Shown in pieces: positions 46,344 to 54,998 of a DNA stretch of 64,000 bases. The stretch is taken from the NCBI GenBank assembly GCA_028277625.1, contig JANQFW010000040.1, forward strand, positions 3,036-67,035. The letters are read 5' to 3'. Source of the DNA: Candidatus Gastranaerophilales bacterium (lineage in GTDB: Bacteria; Cyanobacteriota; Vampirovibrionia; Gastranaerophilales; JANQFW01). The translations under genes were made by a program, and so were the position numbers. The notes under the pieces were generated by a model, which saw only the letters and a list, made by a program, of their open reading frames with translations, ran no database searches and was not told the DNA's origin. Every line of letters begins with the position of its first letter. Positions within the stretch are counted from its first letter, which is position 1.

Positions 46344-47525
46344 ATGAAAAAGTTTTTGACCCTATGCTTATGTTTTATGCTCATGATGTTGGCTACATAC
46401 CAACACAAAGCACAGGCGGCTGATGGCGAGCTTAAGTTAGGAATGTCTACAGCTAGAACAGGTGCGTCAAAATTTCTTGGAAACAATATGCATGCAGGCG
46501 TAAAGTCTTATTTTGATCATTTGAATGCGACTGGTGGAATCAAAGGAAAAAAAGTAAATTTGCTAGTGAAAGATGACGGATACGAGCCTTCCAGAACAGC
46601 TCCTAATATGCTGAATTTTATTAATAAAGAAAACGTTTTTGCAGTAATAGGAAACGTTGGCACTCCAACGGCAAAGCCATCTATTAAAATTTGTAATAAA
46701 TTTAAGGTGCCATTTTTTGGACCATTTACAGGTGCCGGTATTTTAAGAAAATCACCTCCTGACAAATGGATTTTTAACTATAGAGCTAGTTATGCAGAAG
46801 AAGCACAAAAAATGGTTTCTATAATTCTTGAGAACGGCATTGATCCAAGCGAAATTGCATTCTTTATACAAGATGATGCTTTTGGTTTGGCTGGATTAAA
46901 AGGTGGCTTGCAGTCATTAAGCAAGTATAGTATTACACTTGCTGATTTAAACGTAGGTAGATATAAAAGAAATACAGCTGATGTGGATGCCGGATTAAAG
47001 GCTATTATGTCAAATCCTGTAAGACCAAAGGCTGTAATTTTAGTAGGAACATATACACCTTGTAGTAAATTTATTATCAAGGCTAAAGAGCAAGGTTTAG
47101 ATGCTATTTTCTTGAATGTTTCTTTTGTTGGATCAAAGGCTTTAGGTGAAGCTTTAGCCGCAAAAGGGCCAAGTTTTACAAAGAAGGTTATTGTAACACA
47201 AGTTGTGCCTCATTATGACAGTGATTTGCCTTTAACTAAAGAATACAAAGCAAATTTAGCAAAATATGCTCCCGGCTATAGTCCAAACTTTGTATCATTA
47301 GAAGGTTATGTTGCTGCTAAGTTATTTACAGAAGTTGCTAAGCATTCAGATTTAACGAAAGAATCTTTTGTCAAAGCAGCAGAGTCATTGAAAAATTATG
47401 ACCCCGGATTTGATAATACATTAGGCTTCAGTGCTACAAACCATCAAGCGTCACACAATGTATGGGCAACTTTATTTGATGCTAAAGGAAAAGAAGTTAA
47501 CTATAAAAAAGAATTATTATATTAA
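46344..47525 (+). CDS. Periplasmic binding protein, LivJ/K-like (type 1 PBP), no ABC partners adjacent
   Basis: The signal peptide is 'MKKFLTLCLCFMLMMLATYQHKAQA'. 'LKLGMSTARTGASKFLG', 'INATGGIKGKKVNLLVKDDGYEP' and 'AVIGNVGTPT' are typical of branched-chain amino-acid-type binding proteins. Confidence 0.8.
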   Translation: MKKFLTLCLCFMLMMLATYQHKAQAADGELKLGMSTARTGASKFLGNNMHAGVKSYFDHLNATGGIKGKKVNLLVKDDGYEPSRTAPNMLNFINKENVFAVIGNVGTPTAKPSIKICNKFKVPFFGPFTGAGILRKSPPDKWIFNYRASYAEEAQKMVSIILENGIDPSEIAFFIQDDAFGLAGLKGGLQSLSKYSITLADLNVGRYKRNTADVDAGLKAIMSNPVRPKAVILVGTYTPCSKFIIKAKEQGLDAIFLNVSFVGSKALGEALAAKGPSFTKKVIVTQVVPHYDSDLPLTKEYKANLAKYAPGYSPNFVSLEGYVAAKLFTEVAKHSDLTKESFVKAAESLKNYDPGFDNTLGFSATNHQASHNVWATLFDAKGKEVNYKKELLY

Positions 47526-47553
47526 TTTAAAGTTTGAAGATAAATAAAGAGTA

Positions 47554-47585
47554 AAGGGGGTTTTAGATTTGTTTAAAATCCCCTT
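47554..47585. terminator. Hairpin between convergent genes
   Basis: 'aagggggtttta' pairs with 'taaaatcccctt' over 12 bp including one G-U. Confidence 0.45.
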
Positions 47586-47605
47586 CTAGCTGCTCAGTCT
47601 AGCGT

Positions 47606-47974
47606 TTAGGATAAAAAATCAATTTTTTTATTTTCATTAGCATTAGGCTTGCTTTCTTGAGCGGAGGATAAAAATCCTTTTAAAAAGTCTGGAATTGGTA
47701 AATTTTCAATAGATTCTTTGCTTGTAACCTTGCTAGTATCTTTATTTGATGATTCCATTATGTTTTCTTCTTTAGGGGCGTCAAATTTAAAAATAAATTG
47801 GTTTTTTATTCGTTCATTGAAAACTGCTTCTCTTTTTGCAGCATAGGTTTCAGGGGTAAATATATTTTTTTCTGCCTCTTTAATCGAATTTCTGTCAGTT
47901 TTATCACATCCACTCGAGGGCATTCCAAGTTGTCTTAGGCGCAGTTTTACGTTGCTGTTGCCACTCCAACTCAT
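47606..47974 (-). CDS. Hypothetical protein, 122 aa
   Basis: ORF only; no motif recognised. Confidence 0.4.
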   Translation of the reverse strand: MSWSGNSNVKLRLRQLGMPSSGCDKTDRNSIKEAEKNIFTPETYAAKREAVFNERIKNQFIFKFDAPKEENIMESSNKDTSKVTSKESIENLPIPDFLKGFLSSAQESKPNANENKKIDFLS

Positions 47975-48252
47975 ACTTTAGAACCTCATATTTTAAGCTT
48001 ATTTCACTTTATATACTAGGTATAAACTACTATATTGGGCGTTCTTTCAAAAATTTTTCTATCCTTTTATGATTAGTTATCTTAATTTATATTTAGTTTC
48101 TTATAGCTTATAGTTAAGTAATTTCTGGTTTTAAAAACAATAAGTATTAAATACTCATATATAAATAAAAGTCTATTTTTGCCAGCAAATTGCCTTGTTT
48201 GGGCTCAATTTTAAAATTTGTAACATACTTTTTGCTTTGGTGTAATTTTTAT

Positions 48253-48543
48253 CTATCTGCCTAGTTTGCCCTTGAGCTTTCTGTAAAAGTTTTCATGTGC
48301 AGCTATTAGGTGAATTGTCACTGTTGAGTTATCAAAATTTATTGTGTATGCAATGCGAAACTCTTTACCTTTGTATTTTAGGTGATGTGAATATACATCT
48401 GTTAGTGGCGTTGATAGTTTTTCACCATTATTCTCTGGGTCTTGGGCTATTATCATCAAGGAATCCCTTACCTTTAGCCTTAAGGGCTTATCCAACTTTT
48501 TCTGGCCTTTGTTGGCCGTATTTGTTAATAAAATATTAAACAT
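48253..48543 (-). CDS. RelE/ParE-superfamily toxin-like protein, no adjacent antitoxin ORF
   Basis: 96 aa. The N-terminal 'ANKGQKKLDKPLRLKVRDSLMIIAQDPENNGEKL' and C-terminal 'KGKEFRIAYTINFDNSTVTIHLIAAHENFY' fit the RelE/StbE pattern (yRiiY.i....v.i..i.hR..vY). Confidence 0.65.
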   Translation of the reverse strand: MFNILLTNTANKGQKKLDKPLRLKVRDSLMIIAQDPENNGEKLSTPLTDVYSHHLKYKGKEFRIAYTINFDNSTVTIHLIAAHENFYRKLKGKLGR

Positions 48544-48759
48544 ATTGAATCTAACTAAACTATGTATGCCTTTTTTGAATTAGCAAAATTATTATATATA
48601 AAAATAGAATAAAATTAAAATAAAAAAATGAGAAGGATTTGTTAACATTTGTTTATCTTTTTATAAAAAAAAACAAATAAATGTTTTTAGTTGCTTTATC
48701 TATACAGGCTCTCATTAGAGATAATCTAATTGGTTATATCTGTAAGATAAAGAAAGCTT

Positions 48760-49461
48760 ATGATAATTAATAGCAAAAAAATCTTAAACACAAGAAACTA
48801 TAGATTGCATAGCCCAAATAACAAGGCCAAGAAAAACAATGTAGCCTTTAAGGGGCAATTGCTTCTGGATCCGTATATATTGATCCCTACTGCAGCTGTG
48901 TATTCTATTTTTCATAAGGCCAATCAAATTGATAGCGAAAAATCGAAAGATACGTTTATTGCTAACAATTTATTTACGGCCGCTATGTCTACTTTGTTTG
49001 CAAATTTAAATAAGTTTGAGGCTATTACCACTAGTACATTTCCTATATTATCTTCTATAACTTTATTTGCACATGCCAACACTAAAGAGACCAAAAGAGG
49101 TAAAGCACGAACATTTGTTAAAGATTTAAGCATGTTATTGTGTGGATTAGCATCGAAAAACCTGGGGAACCGTATACTTGGGAATAAACAAAGAATGCCT
49201 ACCGGACCGATTGGGTTTCTTTATGAGACAAGTTCATTCTTGATTGGATCATTAATGCTTTCACCTATTGTAAGTAAGTTCATTAATGACAATATTACAG
49301 AGAAATTCTTCCCTAAAAAAGGTTCTAAAATTGATTTATATAAATTATATAATGATCAATCTCCTTATCCTGAAATTATTGACAGCTACAACGTAACGAA
49401 ATATACGTCTCAGCGACTTTTTGATGTTGCAAAAGAAGATAAATTTGATAATGACGAGTGA
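48760..49461 (+). CDS. Hypothetical membrane protein whose N-terminus resembles the BH-family cassette
   Basis: The N/K-rich leader 'MIINSKKILNTRNYRLHSPNNKAKKNNVAFKG' ends in A-F-K-G. It is followed by several hydrophobic segments ('LLLDPYILIPTAAVYSIF', 'TSTFPILSSITLFA', 'FLYETSSFLIGSLMLSPIV'). Confidence 0.55.
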   Translation: MIINSKKILNTRNYRLHSPNNKAKKNNVAFKGQLLLDPYILIPTAAVYSIFHKANQIDSEKSKDTFIANNLFTAAMSTLFANLNKFEAITTSTFPILSSITLFAHANTKETKRGKARTFVKDLSMLLCGLASKNLGNRILGNKQRMPTGPIGFLYETSSFLIGSLMLSPIVSKFINDNITEKFFPKKGSKIDLYKLYNDQSPYPEIIDSYNVTKYTSQRLFDVAKEDKFDNDE

Positions 49462-49753
49462 TTATGTTCTAAATTTTGTAACGAAATACTTATTTAAGCG
49501 TAGTTTATAGAGTTTATTATGCTATATTTAATATGTAAAATAATCAATTATAAAAATTCAATCAAAGAACAATCAAACATTTGCAGTTAATCCATGAATT
49601 TACTAATAATCAGATATGCACAAATTTCATTTTTGTAAATGCAAAAATGCTTAATACTTATATTTGACAAAAAGACTAATACAAAAGTTATTTAAAAAAT
49701 AGTATAAATGCTTTGTAACTAGAGGATTTAAAAATAGAGAGAATAAAATTAAA

Positions 49754-52042
49754 ATGAGAGTTAGGAAAAATATTAAGTTAAAAGGCGTTGTTAGTACAGG
49801 CACATTCAAAACTTATGTACTTGATATGGTAAAAAATTTAAAACTTAGCGGCTGGTTAAAATCGGATAAGGATTTAACGTGTATTGAAGTAGAGGGCGAT
49901 AATAACTCTGTAATTGAATTTATGTCAAATATTTATGATAAGCCGCATGAAATGCCCGAAATAAAAGAAATGAACTTTGAAAACGTTCCTGTGTTAAATA
50001 GTGACAGCTTTTATGATCTGAATGAACAGAAAAAAAGATATAAACAATCTATTAAACTGCCTATAGATAAAGGTATATGCGCTAGCTGTCAGGATAAAAT
50101 TAAAAACCAAAAATTTACAAATTTTGAATATCCTTTTATTTTTTGTAATGATTGTGGGCCATTTTATAGTATTTTAAAATCTTTGCCGTTTACCAAAGAA
50201 AATTCATCTTTGGCCGAATTTGAACTTTGCAATAACTGTAAGGTTCAAATAGAAAAAGGATCATTTGAAGTAAGCTTGAGCAATTGTAAGAATTGTGGTC
50301 CGCAATTATGGTATGAAAGCCCACAGACTCTGATTGAAGAGCAGTCAAAAATTTATGAAGCAATCGATAAGACTCTTAAAAATAATGGAGTTTTATTGGT
50401 TAAGAGCACTAACTGCTTTTATTTATCCTGTGATGCTTATTCTAAAAAAGGTATTGAAAAAATTAGGGAGATAAAGTCAAGGATTGATAAACCCCTCTAT
50501 ATGATGGCAAAAGACTTAGATACTATTGAAAAATTTGCATATATTACTGATAAAGAAAAAGAATTATTGCTATCACAGCAAAGGCCTGTTGTTCTTTTAG
50601 GGCTAAAAAAAGAGCATAAGCTGCCTAATGGAATTACATCTGGTCTTGATAAAATAGGAGTTATGCTTCCATGCAATGGCATACAAGTATTATTGCTTGA
50701 AAAAATTCAATCTGATTTGCTTGTTATGACTAGTGCAAACCGAAGAGGAACTGCTATTGAGCTAAACAACCAAAGTGCTAAAGATATTTTTGCTTCTATG
50801 GTTGACGGTATGCTTTTGCATAATATGGTAATACATAATCCATCTGATGATAGTGTTTTAAGAGCTAACATGGATAATCATCAATTTTTACGAATAGCAA
50901 GAGGATTTGCGCCAAAGGAATTCAAATTACCGATAAATATTACTCATACTCCTGTTGTTTTAGCATGCGGAGCGCTGCATAACTCTACTGTTACTATGTC
51001 AACGCCAGATGGTAAACTGATGGTTAGTCCATATTCAGGTTTATTTGACTCTTCATTTATGTATGAATCTTATCAGCGTAATACAAAATCATTTTGTGAC
51101 CTGTTAGGATATAAGCCAGAGTACGCAATTTGTGATTTAAATCCTGACTATCTTTCTACCAGGTATGCTAGGGATCTTAAAATTCCTTATTATCAAATTC
51201 AGCATCATTATGCGCACATGCTAAGTTGTTTATTAGACAACGGCATGCCAATAGAAACACCTGTAATTGGTGCAATTTTCGATGGGTCTGGATTTGGAAA
51301 TGACCAAACTATTTGGGGCGGTGAATTTTTGGTTTCAAAAGGTTATGAATTTGAAAGGTTAACTCATATTCCGGTTTTTAAAATGATTGGTATGCTCGGC
51401 AAAGAAAATCAAATATATAGATTAGGTTACAGCTTGCTGCAAAGAGCTGGAATTTCAGCTGATCATCCAATTTATAAAAATTTGGAGATTTCTGAAGAAG
51501 AAGAAAAAATGCTCTCTAATTTAATAAACAGAGGCGTTAGTTCTCCTCTTACATCTTCAGCGGGCAAATTGTTTGACGCTGTTGCCTCTATTTTGGGAGT
51601 ATTAAAATGTTCTTATCATGAAGAGTATTCTGCACTGTATCTGGAGTCTATATGTGATCCAACTTGTGCAGATATATTTACTTTGTCTGAGTATAAAATA
51701 AAAAATATTAACGAGCTAATTAGAGCTTTGGCTAATGATACAATAGAAAATAGTAATATTTCTGTCACTTCAGCAAAATTTCATAACACACTTGCTCTAA
51801 TGATTGCAAATACTTGTTTTGAAATTAGCCAAAAAACCAATATAAGACAGGTTATATTGTCTGGTTCTGTATGGATGAATAATCTATTATTAAATAAAAC
51901 TATGGAGGAACTGGATGAGCTGGGATTAAAACCGATTACTCATAAAAACATATCCCCTAATGATGAAAATTTGAGTATAGGGCAGGTGTATTATTTGGTA
52001 AATAAAATCTCTAAGACCAAAAGGCCTCTACCAACTTTTTAA
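49754..52042 (+). CDS. hypF: HypF-type carbamoyltransferase ([NiFe]-hydrogenase maturation factor family)
   Basis: 762 aa. It has an acylphosphatase-like N-terminus, two zinc fingers ('CASCQDKI...CNDCGP' and 'CNNCKVQI...CKNCGP'), a YrdC-like region ('KSRIDKPLYMMAKD') and Kae1-like 'QHHYAHMLSC' and 'FDGSGFGNDQTIWGGEF'. Confidence 0.85.
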   Translation: MRVRKNIKLKGVVSTGTFKTYVLDMVKNLKLSGWLKSDKDLTCIEVEGDNNSVIEFMSNIYDKPHEMPEIKEMNFENVPVLNSDSFYDLNEQKKRYKQSIKLPIDKGICASCQDKIKNQKFTNFEYPFIFCNDCGPFYSILKSLPFTKENSSLAEFELCNNCKVQIEKGSFEVSLSNCKNCGPQLWYESPQTLIEEQSKIYEAIDKTLKNNGVLLVKSTNCFYLSCDAYSKKGIEKIREIKSRIDKPLYMMAKDLDTIEKFAYITDKEKELLLSQQRPVVLLGLKKEHKLPNGITSGLDKIGVMLPCNGIQVLLLEKIQSDLLVMTSANRRGTAIELNNQSAKDIFASMVDGMLLHNMVIHNPSDDSVLRANMDNHQFLRIARGFAPKEFKLPINITHTPVVLACGALHNSTVTMSTPDGKLMVSPYSGLFDSSFMYESYQRNTKSFCDLLGYKPEYAICDLNPDYLSTRYARDLKIPYYQIQHHYAHMLSCLLDNGMPIETPVIGAIFDGSGFGNDQTIWGGEFLVSKGYEFERLTHIPVFKMIGMLGKENQIYRLGYSLLQRAGISADHPIYKNLEISEEEEKMLSNLINRGVSSPLTSSAGKLFDAVASILGVLKCSYHEEYSALYLESICDPTCADIFTLSEYKIKNINELIRALANDTIENSNISVTSAKFHNTLALMIANTCFEISQKTNIRQVILSGSVWMNNLLLNKTMEELDELGLKPITHKNISPNDENLSIGQVYYLVNKISKTKRPLPTF

Positions 52043-52253
52043 AATCTAGTAGCAACAAATAACTTGAGGAGTACTATCGAATTAATAAGCTTAAAAATTA
52101 GCTCTTGAATAAAAAGTTTTTTTTGAATAATATTGATATTGCCTGATTAATTTCAGGATATATCTTAAGGGGTATATTTATTTAAAATACTTTTCAGAAT
52201 TTAGTTAGTAAAGTTGTATAATTAGTTGTATAAATATATAAAAGGAAAAAACA

Positions 52254-52604
52254 ATGAAACCATTAGTAAAAGAAGTAGAATCAAATTTTCTAAAAAGTGA
52301 CTTGCCGGATTTACAACCTGGATACACAGTAAAAGTATTTGTGCGTATTAAAGAAGGTAACAAAGAAAGAACCCAAGCATTTGAAGGTGTTATCATCAAA
52401 AAGCGTGGAGCCGGCATCAATAAAACAATTACTGTTAGAAGAATATTCCAAGGTATTGGGGTAGAAAGAGTTTTCCCCATAAATTCTCCAAGAATTGAAA
52501 AAATTACCGTACTTAGAAGAGGTCAGGTCAGAAGATCTAAACTTTACTATTTACGTGAGCGTTCTGGTAAAGCTACAAGACTTAAAGAAAAAACAAGAAA
52601 ATAA
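52254..52604 (+). CDS. rplS: 50S ribosomal protein L19
   Basis: '[38 protein letters not shown]...[25 protein letters not shown]'. Confidence 0.95.
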   Translation: MKPLVKEVESNFLKSDLPDLQPGYTVKVFVRIKEGNKERTQAFEGVIIKKRGAGINKTITVRRIFQGIGVERVFPINSPRIEKITVLRRGQVRRSKLYYLRERSGKATRLKEKTRK

Positions 52605-52608
52605 ATCA

Positions 52609-53466
52609 ATGGCCAATATTCACTGGTATCCAGGACATATAGCAAAGGCTGAAAAAAAACTTAGAGAACAGAGCAACCTTGTAGATGTTATTTTGGAAGT
52701 TGTAGATGCAAGAATACCAATAAGCAGCAGATACGACAATTTAAACAAAATAACCAATCAAAAGCCAAGGTTGCTCGTTTTAAATAAGGCTGATATAGCT
52801 GACCCTTTGTTAACTTCTCAATGGATGGACTACATCAAAGAAAACGTTGGCATCCCGTCAATTACTACTTCAGCAAATGTGTCTAAAGATCTATCTGCAT
52901 TAATAAAAGAGGCTGTAATACTAGGAAAGCCTAAAATAGACAGTTTGATTACAAAAGGTATGAGGCCACGTGCTATTAGAGCTATGGTTGTAGGCATGCC
53001 CAATGTTGGAAAATCAAGTATTATAAATAAACTAATACGCAAAGGTAAGGCAAAAGTTGGACCAAAAGCCGGAGTCACCCGTGCTGCACAATGGGTAAGA
53101 ATAAACCCAAAATTAGAGCTTCTTGATACGCCGGGAATAATTCCTATGAGATTGGAAGACCAAGCACGCGCAGGAAAATTGGCTATGGTTAATTCTATCA
53201 GCGAAAATGCATATGATCAGATTGAAGTTTCTCAAGAGTTAGTCGAATTATTGTATGAAAAGTACCCTGAAAAACTGAAAAAGCATTATAAATTGCAAGA
53301 TATAGCTGATCTCCCAACATTAGAGGATATTGCTTTATCAAGAAAATGGTTGTGCTCTGGAGGTGAGGCTGATACTACAAGGTGTGCTTCAGCGGTTTTG
53401 TCAGATTTTAGAAATGGAAGAATAGGGAAAATTACTCTTGAAAGTGTCGCGCAAGTCCAAGATTAA
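52609..53466 (+). CDS. rbgA: Ribosome biogenesis GTPase A (YlqF/RbgA)
   Basis: The circularly permuted GTPase motifs are 'IHWYPGHIAKAEKKL', 'LNKADI', 'VGMPNVGKSSIINKL' and 'LLDTPGI'. The ATG at 52609 lies just after the rplS stop. The track ORF begins at 52495 inside rplS. Confidence 0.9.
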   Translation: MANIHWYPGHIAKAEKKLREQSNLVDVILEVVDARIPISSRYDNLNKITNQKPRLLVLNKADIADPLLTSQWMDYIKENVGIPSITTSANVSKDLSALIKEAVILGKPKIDSLITKGMRPRAIRAMVVGMPNVGKSSIINKLIRKGKAKVGPKAGVTRAAQWVRINPKLELLDTPGIIPMRLEDQARAGKLAMVNSISENAYDQIEVSQELVELLYEKYPEKLKKHYKLQDIADLPTLEDIALSRKWLCSGGEADTTRCASAVLSDFRNGRIGKITLESVAQVQD

Positions 53467-54121
53467 TGACTTAGTGGAGTATGATAAAAATATATCAGAA
53501 GATTCATTGTTAATTGGATTGGATGAGGCAGGAAGAGGACCTGTTGCAGGGCCTGTCATGGCAGCTGCGGTTTATTTGGATTTTGATAATAAAGACCTAT
53601 TAGAGTTTTTAAAATATTTGGATGATTCAAAAAAGTTTTCTTCAAACCCAAAATTAAGAAAAAAAATTTCTGAGGAAATAAAACAACATTCTGTGTATAG
53701 CATACAAGAATGCAGTATAAAAGAAATCGAAAAACATAATATTTTGCAGGCTTCTTTGCTGGCTATGAAAAGGGCCGCTATAGACGTAATTAACCAAATT
53801 GGCGACAAAAAAGCAAAAACAGGCTTATTATGCCTTGTGGATGGCAAGATTTCCATCAAGAATTTTAAATATAAGCAAAAAACCGTTGTAAAAGGTGACT
53901 CACTTTCTGCATCTATTGCGGCAGCTAGTATACTAGCAAAAGTATACAGGGATGAGTTTATGATAAAACTATCCGAAGAATTTGCGCAGTATGAGTGGCA
54001 AAAAAATAAAGGTTATGGAACTAAAGCTCACTTGGATGCAATACGCGAACACGGAATTTGTGAATGGCACAGGAAAAGCTTCTTGGCTAAAGTTTTAACA
54101 CCTCAGTTAAAATTGTTATAG
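53438..54121 (+). CDS. rnhB: Ribonuclease HII
   Basis: 'IGLDEAGRGPVAGPV', 'DDSKKFS', 'ASILAKVYRDEFM' and 'GYGTKAHLDAI'. The start is uncertain: TTG 53438 overlaps the rbgA end, and GTG 53474 is in frame. Confidence 0.9.
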   Translation: MKVSRKSKINDLVEYDKNISEDSLLIGLDEAGRGPVAGPVMAAAVYLDFDNKDLLEFLKYLDDSKKFSSNPKLRKKISEEIKQHSVYSIQECSIKEIEKHNILQASLLAMKRAAIDVINQIGDKKAKTGLLCLVDGKISIKNFKYKQKTVVKGDSLSASIAAASILAKVYRDEFMIKLSEEFAQYEWQKNKGYGTKAHLDAIREHGICEWHRKSFLAKVLTPQLKLL

Positions 54122-54252
54122 AAGTATATTATTTTTTTAGTTCTTATTTGTAAATTTTTCTTAATACTCGTATAAATTAAATAACAATTTTTATTATTCA
54201 CCTGTTTTTAAGCAAATGAAGGTAAATTTATATCACCAAAGGAGTAAGTCTA

Positions 54253-54642
54253 ATGAATGTAGGAAGCGTAAAAAATACAGCTGTTAAGTTTCAAGGATTT
54301 GAAAATAACAATAACAATGGTAATGAAGAATTTTTTAAATTAATCAGTGCACCACAAGCTTATAACACAGGTAACTTAGCACAACCAAATGCTGATACGT
54401 TTGGAGCTGCTGATGCTGATAAGACAGAAGAGCCTGGTGGCTTTTTTAAGAAGGCTTTAGCTGCTACATCCATTATTGCCGGCCTTGCCGCTGGAGCAGT
54501 AGTAGTTACAGCATTATGTAAAGCAGGTGGAAACTTTAAAGATGGTACCAAGTTTGGAGAAGCAGGTCAAAAAATTAGTGACTGGGGCAGCCAACTTTGG
54601 GAAAAAGTTAAGTCTCCATTTTCAAGTGCAAAAGGTGCTTAA
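54253..54642 (+). CDS. Small hypothetical membrane protein with an F-Q-G N-terminal motif
   Basis: The RBS is 'aaaggagtaagtcta'. The N-terminus is 'MNVGSVKNTAVKFQGFENNNNNG', and there is a single TM segment 'ALAATSIIAGLAAGAVVVTALC'. Confidence 0.55.
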   Translation: MNVGSVKNTAVKFQGFENNNNNGNEEFFKLISAPQAYNTGNLAQPNADTFGAADADKTEEPGGFFKKALAATSIIAGLAAGAVVVTALCKAGGNFKDGTKFGEAGQKISDWGSQLWEKVKSPFSSAKGA

Positions 54643-54998
54643 AATTTAATAATAAAAATAATCTGGCGGAAATCTTAATTTAACAAAATAAAGTTACTTT
54701 TTACAAGTGGTATAAAATTAATAAAAATAATCAGAAATAAGCTGTCCTGAAGTTTAAGAACAGGGCGACTTATTATTTTATGGGCAAAAAATAAAAATTC
54801 AGCTGGGATTAAGTTCTTTTTTTTAAATTAAAAGCAGAGCGAGTCGGTGGAGGTGCGTAAAAACTGTTTTGGTCAACTGATTCATTAATAAGTTTTGACG
54901 ATTAATGTATAATATACTTGTATTGCACTATTTAAATAGTTAATATAAAAGAGTATATTCACAAATTGACAGAAACAGCTTAGGACGGAAAGGTCATT

